This document shows, piece by piece, positions 24,528 to 36,611 of a stretch of DNA of 64,000 bases. The translations under genes were made by a program, and so were the position numbers. The stretch is taken from assembly GCA_951406725.2 (NCBI GenBank), contig OX597818.1, forward strand, positions 95,108,001-95,172,000, written 5' to 3'. The notes beneath the pieces are model-generated. The model was not told where the DNA came from. It worked only from the letters and a program-made list of their open reading frames with translations, and ran no database searches. Position 1 is the stretch's first letter. Every line of letters starts with the position of its first letter. The DNA is from Octopus vulgaris. Its lineage: Eukaryota.

Positions 24528-26159
24528 TTACTGTGGGACTGCCGTGACAGTGTATTGGTTATTTTGTGTGTAACTAATGCAAGGTGTGTACTGAGGATAG
24601 GAAAGGGCTTGTCCTGTAGTTGAGGCATTAATTGCCCCTAGACCAAAAGTAGTGTTCCCAAGAGATGAAGTGCCTGGTATGAAAGTGTGGGGTAAAGCTG
24701 TGGTTTGTGGGTAGCCTGGGGGAAAGTTTGGTTGTGGTGTCATATATGGAGCAGATGAAGGTGCATTCGTTGAAGCTGAAACAGCTGGTGGAGAGAAGTA
24801 GAATGGAGCTTGTGGAAAGCTATGGGCTGACATTCTTGTTAAGTATCCAGGAACATTGGGGTTTGGCAAGCGCACACAACAGGCGCTACTAGAAGAGCTG
24901 GTGGGGTTGGTATGAGACCCTGTGGCACTGGTAACAGTAGATGCATTTGCAGTAGATGCACTTGCTGTTGTACTACCTACTGGTGAAGTTGAACCATCCA
25001 GATTGCAGCCAGGATTGTACATATGCAGTGTATACATAGCTGGATGTGCTTGAGTAATGGGAGACAGCGATGTCATTAGCCCACTAGCGTTAGTCATTAA
25101 ATCACTAGTGGTGCTTGTCACAGCAGCAGCAGGCCCTTTACTGGAAGTAGAATTAACTGTCAAACCAGATTTGTCTTTTTTCTCAACAAAGCCATTGGTT
25201 GAACAAACCCGAGGCTGGTCATAATTAAAGCCTGGCAAAAAGCAAGGTGTATCTGGACCAAACGTGTTTCCAGAAGTCATAAACTGTTCAGCAAGATCCA
25301 TCTGCTGGCGAAGAATAATAGGCCGACCTTCACACCGAGCTTTTTCTGCATTGGTTTCTGCGAGCATTAGCTGAAATCTCAGGGGAATGTCTTTGATCGG
25401 TTTAATCAATTTGTGACTGCCATACCAATAGAACTTACGCCTGTTTCGCTTCTCTTGTTCTTTTGGATCAAAAAGGGGTGTTTTTGTCTCTTCCATGTAA
25501 TTTTCCCCAATATTGGCCAACTGTGCATCCATCAGTGATTTTGATTCACTCACTGTACTGCTATCATTTGGGTCTGGATTCAAGGATAAACTCTCACTGG
25601 AAGTAACATTATCATCATTGTCTTCACAGTTCAAATTGTCAGTTTTTGCAGCTGGAGTGACACTGCTACACATTGCAATGCCATGTCTACTGTTACCATT
25701 TACACTGTATGAGGTCATTGATTGTTTCAACCTAACGCTGTCTTCGATCGTATCATTCACAGCTGTCACACATTCATCTGACGTAACTGCTGTCATCATC
25801 GTTTTTGTTGCTGCTGTTGTTAATGGTGTTGGTGCTGATGTTGGCGTTGGTGTTGGTGTTGTAGTTGTATTACTTGCCGTAATCTGCATTTTGATTGTTT
25901 CCAAAGAGCTTTCATTCAACTTTGGTAGCAATGGCAATGGGTGGGTGTTGTTTCTAAGATAACTGTTATATGGTGACTTTGACAGAGCTGCAGTAGAGAT
26001 GGTTGGAGTCTGGTATGGACTGACCCTGGGAAACACATTGCCAGCATTTACATACTTAACCTCTGTTGTTGTTATATTCGCACGGAATATGTTTTTGGGA
26101 CCAACCCGTACAATTCGGGTGGTTTGCCGGTTGACTTGCTGTCCAGCTGGAACTTTCAT
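24528..26159 (-). CDS. uncharacterised 543-aa protein, largely Ser/Thr/Pro-rich low-complexity, encoded by one coding exon
   Basis: 1632-nt open frame in stop-rich DNA with no transposon motifs; polypyrimidine tract plus CAG acceptor at 26182-26184, 22 nt upstream of ATG; complex segment RKFYWYGSHKLIKPIKDIPLRFQLMLAETNAEKARCEG. Confidence 0.85.
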   Translation of the reverse strand: MKVPAGQQVNRQTTRIVRVGPKNIFRANITTTEVKYVNAGNVFPRVSPYQTPTISTAALSKSPYNSYLRNNTHPLPLLPKLNESSLETIKMQITASNTTTTPTPTPTSAPTPLTTAATKTMMTAVTSDECVTAVNDTIEDSVRLKQSMTSYSVNGNSRHGIAMCSSVTPAAKTDNLNCEDNDDNVTSSESLSLNPDPNDSSTVSESKSLMDAQLANIGENYMEETKTPLFDPKEQEKRNRRKFYWYGSHKLIKPIKDIPLRFQLMLAETNAEKARCEGRPIILRQQMDLAEQFMTSGNTFGPDTPCFLPGFNYDQPRVCSTNGFVEKKDKSGLTVNSTSSKGPAAAVTSTTSDLMTNASGLMTSLSPITQAHPAMYTLHMYNPGCNLDGSTSPVGSTTASASTANASTVTSATGSHTNPTSSSSSACCVRLPNPNVPGYLTRMSAHSFPQAPFYFSPPAVSASTNAPSSAPYMTPQPNFPPGYPQTTALPHTFIPGTSSLGNTTFGLGAINASTTGQALSYPQYTPCISYTQNNQYTVTAVPQ

Positions 26160-26181
26160 TCAAATTTCAATCTCAAACAGC

Positions 26182-26210
26182 CTGAAATGAAAATAAGAAA
26201 AAAACAAAGT
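26182..26210 (-). promoter_or_regulatory. 3' splice acceptor of a 5'-UTR intron
   Basis: minus strand ctttgtttttttcttattttcatttcag|g. Confidence 0.75.
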
Positions 26211-27047
26211 CTGTTAACTGTGACTGTTCTTGGAAGAAACAAGACATTTAATTTAGTGATAGTCACTTGACTCTCAACAGCCCAGCCCCTGCTAGATATA
26301 AGTAACACAGAGTAGAACAGTCCCTTTTTGTAAGTAGTGGCAATAGTGTAAAATGGAAGAGTGCTGCATTAGGAAGTAGTAATCTTACAGTGATATTTCT
26401 ATGGGCTTCAGTCAATGCTAAAAGCATTCTATCTCTCACTGACACTCTGGAGGGAACTACAAAATGAATTATGTGACCAGATTAGTAAACTAACTTCATT
26501 GGGGCCTAATTGCCTAGAGAAAAACATGCACTGCTTGAGGGAGCACATAACATTTTTTTTCACTTGCTGAGACTGGAGGAAGGAGCTGTGCCTGTGGATT
26601 TTGTAGATGTTTGTTTAAACTATTTCAGGAAAACACCTACAGGAAAGACATGAACAAGGAGAATATTCCAGAGGGACAATGTCCTAGGGAGGGAGAACTA
26701 AGGAAGTAGTGAGTGTAGTACCAGTAGGGTTTTATACAACAAAGATGACGAGATGGGGTGACTGGTGTAAAGTGTGCCTGAATGGAGAAGAAATTAGATC
26801 AGCCGACTACAAGAAACAGAGATTGTTTTAGAAGTCATACAAAAAGAAAAAACAGTGTTTTCAGAGACAGTAGGCCAGAGGCTTAGGTGTGCCTGTTAAT
26901 GAGTTAATGCTAATCCGAAGACTGACCCTTCTCTAGGAGCAATCCAGAAAGTTTGTGCATGAGAGCAGCATCAGTGTCCCATATGTACGTGTATGTGCAG
27001 TATGTGTGAAATTACACACGTACACATACAGATGAATATAAGTATAT

Positions 27048-27604
27048 ATACAGGGTTATTCAAAAAGAATGAACTGATTTCATTACACAATATTTTAATA
27101 AGGAAAAGCAATAGAAAACTGCAGCTAAGTCACAAGTATTTACTTACAATCAACTTATATTTCCTGTCTTATAAGTATTCAATATGGCTACCACCTGCAG
27201 CATGGGCAACATCAATGCGATAAGAGAATTCCTCCCAGACACATATCAGCATATCATGATCCGCTGAGTTGATTACTGTTGTTATTCGATGTTTAAGATC
27301 ATCAAGGTTAGTGGGTAGTGGTGGAACATAAACACGATGATCTTTTGCATATTCCTACAAGAAAAAATCACAAACAGTGATGTCTGGGGATCTCACAGGC
27401 CAAGCAGATACGTGCCTGGGAAGAATTCTCTTATTGCATTGATTTTGCCCGTACTGCAGGTGGTGGCCACATGGAACACTTGTAAGACAGGAAATAAAAG
27501 TTGATTATAAGTAAATACTTGTGACTTAGCTGCAGTTTTCTATTGCTTTTCCTTTTTAAAATATTGCGTAATGAAATCAGTTCATTCTTTTTGAATAATC
27601 CTGT
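27048..27604 (-). mobile_element. Tc1/mariner (rosa/maT-like) transposase 3' remnant arranged as a fold-back
   Basis: ta-cagggttattcaaaaagaatgaa termini; minus strand WPVRSPDITVCDFFL...VYVPPLPTNLDDLKHRI...VWEEFSYRIDV...GGSHIEYL*. Confidence 0.75.
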
Positions 27605-27715
27605 ATATATACTTATATTCATCTGTGTGTGTACGTATGTAATTTCACACATACTGCACATATGCATACATATGTGAGGATATATGTATGCATATATATA
27701 TATATATATATATAT

Positions 27716-28640
27716 ATCATCATCATCATCGTTTAACATCCGGTCTCCATGCTAGCATGGGTTGGACGGTTCGACCGGGGATCTGGGAAGCCAGAAGGCT
27801 GCACCAGGCTCCAGTCTTATCTGGCAATGTTTCTACAGCTGGATGCCCTTCCTAACGCCAACCACTCCGTGAGTGTAGTGGGTGCTTTTTACGTGCCACC
27901 TGCACAGGTGCCTGGCGAGGCTGGCAACGGCCACGGTCGGATTGGTGCATTTTATGTGCCACCGGCACGGAAGCCAGTCAAGGCGGCACTGGCATTGGCC
28001 ACAATTTGGAAGGTGCTTTTTACGTGCCACCGGCACGGAAGCCAGTCGAGGCGGCGCTGGCATCGGCCACGATTCGGATAGTGCTTTTTATGTACCACCA
28101 GTCCAGGGGTCCTGGCATCTGCCGGGTGCCAGTCATAGGATTGGTTCAATTTCGATTCCGATTTCGATTTCGATTTCACTTGCCCCAACAGGTCTTTGCA
28201 AGCAAAGGGGGGTTGGCATGGGTGCCTGTCGTCAGATGAGGTTCGATATCGACTTCGCTTGCCTCAACAGGTCTTTGTGTGTCCAAGGGAGGAAAGGCAT
28301 GCATAAGTGGGCTGGACTCACTTGTCCTGCCTGGTCTTCTCACGCACAGCATATTTCCAAAGGTCTCGGTCGCTGGTCATTTCCTCAGTGAGGCCTAAAG
28401 TTCGAAGGTCGTGCTTCACCACCTCATCCCAGGTTTTCTTGGGTCTACCTCTTCCACAGGTTCCCTCAACTGCTAGGGTGTGACACTTTTTCACACAGCT
28501 GTCCTCATTCATTTGCAACACATGACCATATCAGCACAGTCATCTCTCTTGCACACCACATCTGATGCTTCTTAAATCCAACTTTTCTCTCAGGGCGCTT
28601 ACACTCTGTCGTGTATGCACACTGACATTACACATCCACT
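27716..28640 (-). mobile_element. 5'-truncated RTE LINE, same family as 12190-15527
   Basis: DSCVKKCHTLAVEGTCGRGRPKKTWDEVVKHDL; 60-bp units; (GAT)n tail. Confidence 0.92.
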
Positions 28641-28700
28641 TCATAAACATCATCATCATCATCGATGATAATTATATATATCAACATCATGGTCAGCATC

Positions 28701-28744
28701 GACCACTGATGCGGTCACAGGAGTGTGACGAAAGAACTCTGGCC
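28701..28744 (+). ncRNA. minimal hammerhead-like motif with variant core
   Basis: GACCA-CUGAUGc-g-GUCACA ggag UGUGAC-GAAA-GAAC-UC-UGGCC; A9C substitution. Confidence 0.5.
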
Positions 28745-28858
28745 GAAATAAGATTAAGATTAATGTAAAAAATAAATAACACTGAAGCAAAATAACACCA
28801 AATATACAGTGCGTGTGTTTTTATTGGCTAAACTGGCAAAATGACCATTCCAAAATAT

Positions 28859-28900
<42 letters not shown>

Positions 28901-28906
<6 letters not shown>

Positions 28907-29338
28907 CAAATAAGAAAATGGAGAAACAAATTCAGCACGTTCATCAATTTACGGATATTACAATGTTACATTATTTATTCATTTTACAAATGAGAACATC
29001 AAAAGCAAACAAAATATTATATAAATCAATAGGTAATATAATAATAATAATAATTATTATTATTATTTGTTTATTATCTATTTGTATATATTAAATAATA
29101 AGTGCAGCATGTTTAGTATATCAATATTATTATTTTTCTTTTCAAGTTAATTATATCCTCTGACGAGGCCTATGGTTCTTTTAACATATAAGTATAATTT
29201 TTATGCCTACAACCCTAATATACTGACATCTATGGGCGATGTAAGTTGGATTGACTTTTGACCCTAGGCTGAAACAGCTGTAAGAAGTAGTTTATGAATT
29301 TCAATAATTTATAATATGACTTTTAAAATTTGTATATC

Positions 29339-29379
<41 letters not shown>

Positions 29380-29660
29380 TGCCTATTGATTTATATAATA
29401 TTTTGTTTGCTTTTGATGTTCTCATTTGTAAAATGAATAAATACTGTAACATTGTAATATCTGTAAGTTGATGAACATGCTGAATTTGTTTCTCCATTTT
29501 CTTATTTGTATTATAAATTTACGGTAAAAATATTTTTTTTACCTTCACCCATTTAATACAATAAACGAATTAATTGCATTGCAATTAAAAACATTTGTGT
29601 ACTAAGAATTTGATATCCCATAGTGGGTTACATTCATAACCCTTATCTTACTTTGTACTA
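28901..29660 (+). mobile_element. non-coding fold-back element (about 150-bp inverted arms) containing a hammerhead, flanked by (TA)n
   Basis: 28901-29050 is the reverse complement of ~29365-29513. Confidence 0.7.
29155..29287 (+). ncRNA. type I hammerhead ribozyme with intact core and long stem II insert
   Basis: UCCU-CUGACGA-GGCCUA...UAGGCU-GAAAC-AGCU-GUA-AGAA; palindromic stem III ACAGCUGU; stem I weak. Confidence 0.65.
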
Positions 29661-29678
29661 TATATATACATATCATTG

Positions 29679-29930
29679 TGGAGGCACATGGTTTAGTGGT
29701 TAGGGTGTCAGCATCATGAGTGTATGGTTAGGGTTTCAATTCCTGGACTGGGCAACACATTGTATTCTTGAGCAAAACACTTCATTTCATGTTGCTCCAG
29801 TCCACTCAGCTGGCAAAAATGAGTAACACTACGATGGACTGGTGTCCCGTCCAACTGGAGAATGCATACGCCATTGAAACCGGGAAACTGGGCCCATGAG
29901 CCTGGCTAAGCTTTAAAAGGGCGCATTTAT
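29679..29930 (+). mobile_element. tRNA-derived SINE family D (CORE-like centre)
   Basis: A box tggtttagtgg, B-box-like gtttcaattcc, ttcttgagcaaaacactt...tccactcagctg. Confidence 0.8.
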
Positions 29931-30102
29931 TTTTTTTTATACATATCATTATCATCATCATCATTGAATGTCTGCTTTCCATGCTGGCACCAAACTTCAG
30001 TGTCTGTTTTGGTGTGCTTTCTACAGCTTGATGCCCTTCCTAATATCAACCACCCCACAGAGTGGATTGAGTGTATTTTACATGGCACCAGCATATGCAT
30101 GT

Positions 30103-30138
<36 letters not shown>

Positions 30139-30449
30139 ATGCATGCATGCGTGTGTGTATTTTACAGGAAATAAAGTAGATTTTTAATGCAGGATAGCTG
30201 TGAAAACAGCCTAGAAAATTGGGCAAATATACCTAAAAGACAGAAAAAGTTGCCAGCAGGTTGTTACAGAGAACTGAACCTTGTACTTCTCAGATACCAG
30301 CTTCATTTCCATCTACCAAATCCACTGACAAGGCTTTTAGTTGACCCAAGGCTATAGTAGAAAACACTTGTCCAAGGTACCATGCAGCGGGACTGAACCC
30401 AGAACCATGTAGTTGGGAGGTTTCCATTGTAGGACTGCAGCCATAGTGG

Positions 30450-30900
30450 AGTACCACTTTCATTTATTTTCTATCACCTTTGTTGTCACTTTTATGGCTG
30501 GAAGTTGGCCTGTGGATTGAGTTGGTGGCAGCTGATCTCCTCTGAGTAAATCCATGAATGGCTGACTAGTCCAATATTATTGTTAGGAGTTTATCCAACG
30601 TTTGATGTTGTTGTTGTTGTTTAATGTTTCAGCAGAGGTTCCTTTGATATTTCTGATTACTTTAGGCAGGCAGTTGAACAGTTGAGGATCTCTAAATATC
30701 AAACTCAATACAATAAAGTCTTTTTGCTTGTGATTTCTAATGTGGTATATTTGGAAGCTGACAGAATTGAACAATTCGTGCTTTAAAATTCTCTCGAATG
30801 CTGAAGTTTGGAACGGCATTCACTGAAGTAGAGATGCAATGTTTTCAAATATTCCCAGTATTTAAGGCTTTTAGCCAAAGATATTTTACTGGTGAACGTT
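30450..30900 (-). pseudogene. CR1/jockey-like LINE C-terminal fragment
   Basis: SLIFRDPQLFNCLPKVIRNI motif typical of LINE ORF2 ends. Confidence 0.5.
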
Positions 30901-31107
30901 CTTCATAACCCTTCACTTTCTTCTATGAGACCAAATAAGTTTGGAGACCAAAACTCTGAGCAGTAATCTAACTTGCTCAGAACACAGGGTTTTCCATAGT
31001 GTTTGCCCAACTACTGGTTCTCTTGTTAGAAATGTTTGTAGAATCCATCCTATATGGATGTTAAATGATGATGAAGAGGAGGAGGAGGAGGAAAAGGATA
31101 TATATAC

Positions 31108-31520
31108 AGGCGTAGGAGTGGCTGTGTGGTAAGTAGCTTGCTTACCAACCACACGGTTCTGGGTTCAGTCCCACTGCGTGGTACCTTGGGCAAGTGTCTT
31201 CTACTATAGCCTCTGGCCGACCAAAGCCTTGTGAGTGGATTTGGTAGACGGAAACTGAAAGAAGCCCATCGTATACATGTGTGTATATATATATATGTAT
31301 GTGCGTGTGAGTATATGTTTGTGTATCTGTGTTTGTCCCCCCATCATCACTTGACAACCGATGCTAGTGTGTTTACGTCCCCGTAATTTAGTGGTTCAGG
31401 AAAAGAGACCGATAGAATAAGTACTAGGCTTGCAAAGTATAAGTCCTGGGATCAATTTGCTCGACTAAAGGTGGTGCTCCAGCATGGCCACAGTCAAATG
31501 ACTGAAACAAGTAAAAGAGT
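31108..31520 (+). mobile_element. SINE family B, full length
   Basis: ggcgtaggagtggctgtgtggtaag...gggttcagtccc...accttgggcaagt...aagtaaaagagta. Confidence 0.9.
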
Positions 31521-31562
31521 ATATATATATATAGATATAGATATATGTATGTATGTATGTAT

Positions 31563-32253
31563 GTTCACTTCTGTTTTTAATGATTTAAATTCATCCTCTG
31601 AGAAGGATCTGGTTTCTAACAAAGATACAAAGTCTTTGGAATGCAGATGATGAAAATAATGTCACATTTTAAACTTGAGAAAAGTTTTGCATAGTTTTAC
31701 TGTTCCACTTAAAAATTTTATTTGTAATGTGTGAGTTGACTGGTTGTTGTTTTTTTCTTTCTGAAAATTCAAGCTTATCCAGACTGTCAGTTAGGCATTT
31801 ACTCACAAAAACAAGTGCACCAATTATGATTATAAATGTAAACTTGTAACCTGGATATAGAAGCTGGAGGTTTCGAGGCAGTTGTCCATAATTATCTTCT
31901 TTCACTTTGATTTTCAAAGAGATATTCACATCAGCAGAACATTTGACCTCTGTGATGCTATATATTTTTCTTATCTCTCCCAAACAACATCCAGCTTGTT
32001 ATGCTTACACTTGACAGATGTTTTGATGGGAATGTCCACCGATACTCCTTGTGTTAACGTTTATGTACATAGAGGTGTAGGAGTGGCTGTGTGGTAAGTA
32101 GCTTGCTTACAAACCACATTGGTCTGGGTTCAGTCCTACTGCGTGGTACCTTGGGCAAGTGTCTTCCACTATAGCCTCGGGCCAACCAAAGCCTTGTGAG
32201 TGGATTTTGTAGACGGAAACTGAAAGAAGCTCATCGTATATATGTGTATACGT

Positions 32254-32294
<41 letters not shown>

Positions 32295-33425
32295 TGTGTT
32301 TGTCCCCCCAACATCGCTTGACAACTGATGCTGGTGTGTTTACGTCCCTGTAACTTAGCGGTTTGTCAAAAGAGATTAATAGAATTAGTACTAAGCTTAC
32401 AAAGAATAAGTCCTGGGGTTGATTTGCTCAACTTAAAAAAAGGCTGTGCTCCAGCATGGCCACAGTCAAAATGACTGAAACAAGTAACAGAGTATCCAAT
32501 AAAAGGGAGATTCTCTACATTTATTCCAGGACAGTCTTTATTTCCAAAAGGCATTATATTATGTTTTTGCAACAGTGTTGTGTTGCACATGAAGGTAGTA
32601 ACTTGATGACATTTTTAGGCAGTTGCTAATCACATGCGTGATGTCTTCCACAGAAGTATGACATAATCGGCATTTTCAGTTGCATCTTGGAACACTAAGA
32701 GCTTCATTGTCGCTTTTGTTTATTCATTGTCTTTTGTTTATTCATTGTCTTTTGTTTATTGGGTATTTAGTAGCACTCTCCTGCTCTTGGATGGCAAATG
32801 TATAACCTTTGAAGTGTGATGTGATGAAGCTGCCATGAGTCCAAGAGAAGCTTCACTTCATGTCAATATTACTGTCTTCTACAAGCCTTCATGAAACATA
32901 CCCATGCATGGTCTTTTCTTTTTGGTATGCTGAGCATTTCATATTCAGATCTTCTTTAGGGCATGTTTGTCTGACTGTATGTCAGGTCATGAAGAAGAGA
33001 GTGCTTCCTGAGGAGTTCATTGCCGACAGATAAGATATTGTTCTTGTCACTTTTCAGCACTTAGTTAATGTATTTATTTTTCTGCTGTTGTTTATTAAGT
33101 GCTGTCAGAGAAAGACTATACAACATTTGAAGGCTGTCTGCACTAATCTCAAGCCTCCATCTCCTTAGTCTCTTCCTAAGTAGAGCCTGCTGATACCACT
33201 CTCCTAGGGGAGATTTCCAGTTGATGTCAGTATCTTGCAGGTTTTAATGTCTATGGAGTAGATTCCTTCCACAGACAAATCAAGAATCCCAAATTTTAGG
33301 ATCAGCACTGGTACTGCAAATGCATCAAGGGATATTGTCTTGTTGTAAGAAGAGAGTTCCAACTGCTATATTTTTCTAAGTCTGGTATAATATTCTCAGG
33401 TCACTATCTTTACTCATAATACCTT
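31563..33425 (-). mobile_element. R4/Dong-type RLE non-LTR retrotransposon remnant, interrupted by a SINE
   Basis: SADVNISLKIKVKEDNYGQLPRNLQLLYPGYKF..IIIGAL homologous to 38237-38521; 3' end abuts (CATA)n. Confidence 0.75.
32072..32492 (+). mobile_element. SINE family B, full length, nested in R4-type LINE
   Basis: near-identical to 31108-31520. Confidence 0.9.
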
Positions 33426-33552
33426 CGTATGCTATGTGTTCCTCAATGCCTATGTATATACATACATATGTATGTATGTATGTATGCATGTATGTATGTA
33501 TGCATGCATGCATATACGTATGTATGCATGCATATACGTATGTATGTATGTA

Positions 33553-33952
33553 TACTCTTTACTCTTTTACTTGTTTCAGTCATTTGACTGTGGCCATGCT
33601 GGAGCATCACCTTTAGTCAAGCAAATCGACCCCAGGACTTATTCTTTGTAAGCCTAGTACTTATTCTATTGGTCTCTTTTGCCGAACCGCTAAGCTACGG
33701 GGACGCAAACATACCAGCATCGGTTGTCAAGTGATGTTGCGGGGACAAACACAGACACACAAACACACACACACACATATATACATACACATATATATGA
33801 CAGGCTTCTTTCGGTTTCCGTCTACCAAATCCACTCACAAGGTTTTGGTCGGCCCGAGGCTATAGTAGAAGACACTTGCCCAAGGTGTCACACAGTGAGA
33901 CTGAACCTGGAACCATGTGGTTGGTAAGCAAGCTAATTACCACACAGCCACG
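33553..33952 (-). mobile_element. SINE family B
   Basis: reverse complement of 31108-31520. Confidence 0.9.
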
Positions 33953-33982
33953 CATGTATATATGTATATATGTATGTATGTA

Positions 33983-34031
<49 letters not shown>

Positions 34032-34714
34032 ATGTGTGTGTGTGTATGTCTGTGTGTCTGTATATGCAGATTGTCTGTATGTACCTCGATGTATTTCAAA
34101 CTCAGATTTTAAGCAGAATTTTTTTCAAATTTGTTTTAATAATTTTATTGTAATTTATTTCATCTTGTGACATACATTCAAAAAAATCATTACTTATCGA
34201 TCTAACAATATCCATTTATCTATCTTCTTTCTGCCTAATTATATGTATGTATGTATGTATGTATGTATTTATGTATGTATGTATGTATGTATGTATGTAT
34301 GTGTGTGTGTGTGTGTGTGTGCGTGTGTGTGGATGTACACACACACTCACATATGCACACATGTACATATGTTCATAACACACAAATGTGTGGGCATATA
34401 TATATATCATCATCATCATCATTATCATCATCACTGTTTAACATGTTTTCCATGCTGGCAGGAGTTGGACTGTTTGGCATGGAGCTGGCCATCTGTGGAG
34501 CTATCCAGACACCAGTGGTCTGTTGTGGCATAGTTTCTACTGCTGAATGCCTGCCTAACACCAACCACTTTACAGAGTGCGCTGGGTGTTTATTATGTGC
34601 CACCAGCATGGGTGCACTTATACAACACTGGCGCGAGTGCATTTTATGCAGCCCTGGTACCTGCAAAGGACATGCTTGTATGTATACATACACACATACT
34701 TATATCCATTCATG

Positions 34715-35295
34715 TGAAAGTTCATGGCTTAGTGGTTACATCGTCGGGCTTATAATCATGAGGTTCTGTGTTCAATTCCCAGACCAGGCAGGTGTTGTGT
34801 TCTTGAGCAAGACGCTTATTTCATGTTGATCCAGTTCACTCAGCTGTTGAAATGAGTTGCAACATCACTGGTGTCAGGCTGTGTTGGCCTTGCCCTTTCC
34901 CTTGAACAACACTGGTGACCATGGAGAAGTGAGACTTGTATTTATGGGCAACTGCTGGTCTTCCACAGACAACCTATTTCTTTACTACCCACAAGGGGCT
35001 AAACACAGAGAAGACGAACAAGGACAGACAAACCGATTAAGTCGATTATATCGACCCCAGTGCATAACTGGTACTTAATTTATTGACCCCCGAAAGGATG
35101 AAATGCAAAGTTGACCTCAGCAGAATTTGAACTCAGAACATAACGGCAGACGAAATACTGCTAAGCATTTCACCCAGCATACTAACAGTTCTGCCGGCTC
35201 GTTGCCTCGTCTTCCACAGATAACCTTGCCTGGACTTGTGCCTTGCCTTGGAGGGGAAATCTCTTGGTGCAATCCCACGGTCATTCATAACTGAG
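34715..35295 (+). mobile_element. SINE family D variant with nested family A SINE (34975-35205, minus)
   Basis: tggcttagtggtt head; duplication gtcttccacaga(c/t)aacct at ~34958 and ~35209 flanks the insert. Confidence 0.75.
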
Positions 35296-35309
35296 GAGAG
35301 CTTTCTATC

Positions 35310-35360
<51 letters not shown>

Positions 35361-35959
35361 TACATATATTTATGTATGTATGTATGTATGTATGTATGTA
35401 TTAAGTGGTAAAATAACAATAACAGCAAAAAGATTTGACTATAATTAAACCATGTAGGTTGACCACTAATCAATGAGCGGTGGTGGTGGTGGTGGTGGTG
35501 GTAGTAACTTTGATTTCTGTCACGTCAACAAGTAACATGTGTTGCCTTCGAAATAGCTGCTGCGTACTATTGCAGAGTAGGTCGATCTGATTTGTCTTTG
35601 AACACTGTCAGCCCAGTACTGGTCTACTTTGTAACCAGATACTCACTTGATTACTAAAATCATTTATTAGGAGACATGTGTATTCCAATGAATCATTCCC
35701 AGTGTTTTAATACTTATTTTATGATGCTGCTTATTTCCCGGTAGCCTTCATGTAACCTTTTAAACTATCAGGGCACCAGTGAAAACATCACTATAGCCTC
35801 TGACATGGCTGTGTGATTAAGTCTACTTTGTAACCACTTGGTTTTGGGTTCAATCCTACAGCATGGCACCTTGAGTAAGTAAGTGTCTTCTACAATACAT
35901 CCTTAGGTCCAACCAGTGCCTTGTGAGTTTTTGTAAATGCAAACTGTGTGAAAGCTCAT

Positions 35960-35988
<29 letters not shown>

Positions 35989-35990
<2 letters not shown>

Positions 35991-36420
35991 CATCATCATC
36001 ATCATCATTTAACGTCCGCTTTCTATGCTAGCAGGGGTTGCACAATTTGACTGAGGACTGGCGAACCAGATGGCTGCACCAGGCTCCAATCTTGATCTGG
36101 CAGAGTTTCTACAGCTTGATGCCCTTCCTAAAACCAACCACTCCGAGAGTGTAGTGGGTGCTTTTACGTGTCACCGGCACGAGGGCCAGTCAGGCTGTAC
36201 TGGCAACGGCCACACTCAAATGGTGTTTTTTATGTGCTACCTCCTCAGGAGCCAGTCCAGCGGCACTGGCAATGATCTCGCTCAAATGTTTTTTCGCATG
36301 CCAGTAAGGTGACACTGGTAACGATCATGCTCGAATGGTACCTTTTACGTGCCACTGGCACGGAAGCCAGTTAGCTGCCCTGGCAACGTTCACGCTCGGA
36401 TGGTGCTCTTAGCGCTCCAT
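35989..36420 (-). mobile_element. RTE-associated 3' module with (GAT)n tail
   Basis: homologous to 12190-12700. Confidence 0.85.
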
Positions 36421-36611
36421 TAGATATATATATATGTGTGTGTGTATGTATATATATATAGATATATATGTATATGTATATATGTCATATATGTATTTTT
36501 ACATTTGTCATCAGTTCAGCAAATGAGCAAAAGTATGGTGGATTCACACACAGTTTACATTTACATATGTACATTTGTGTGTGTGCATGTATGTATGTAT
36601 ATGCATATGTG

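Noticed and set aside
26260-26975. Possible further exon upstream of the CDS
   Set aside because: No sustained frame; it looks like a very old LINE endonuclease-region fragment but is too degenerate to call.
29679-29755. tRNA genes at SINE heads (also 31108 and 44640-44715)
   Set aside because: A and B boxes are present, but there is no complete cloverleaf and each continues into a multi-copy SINE body.
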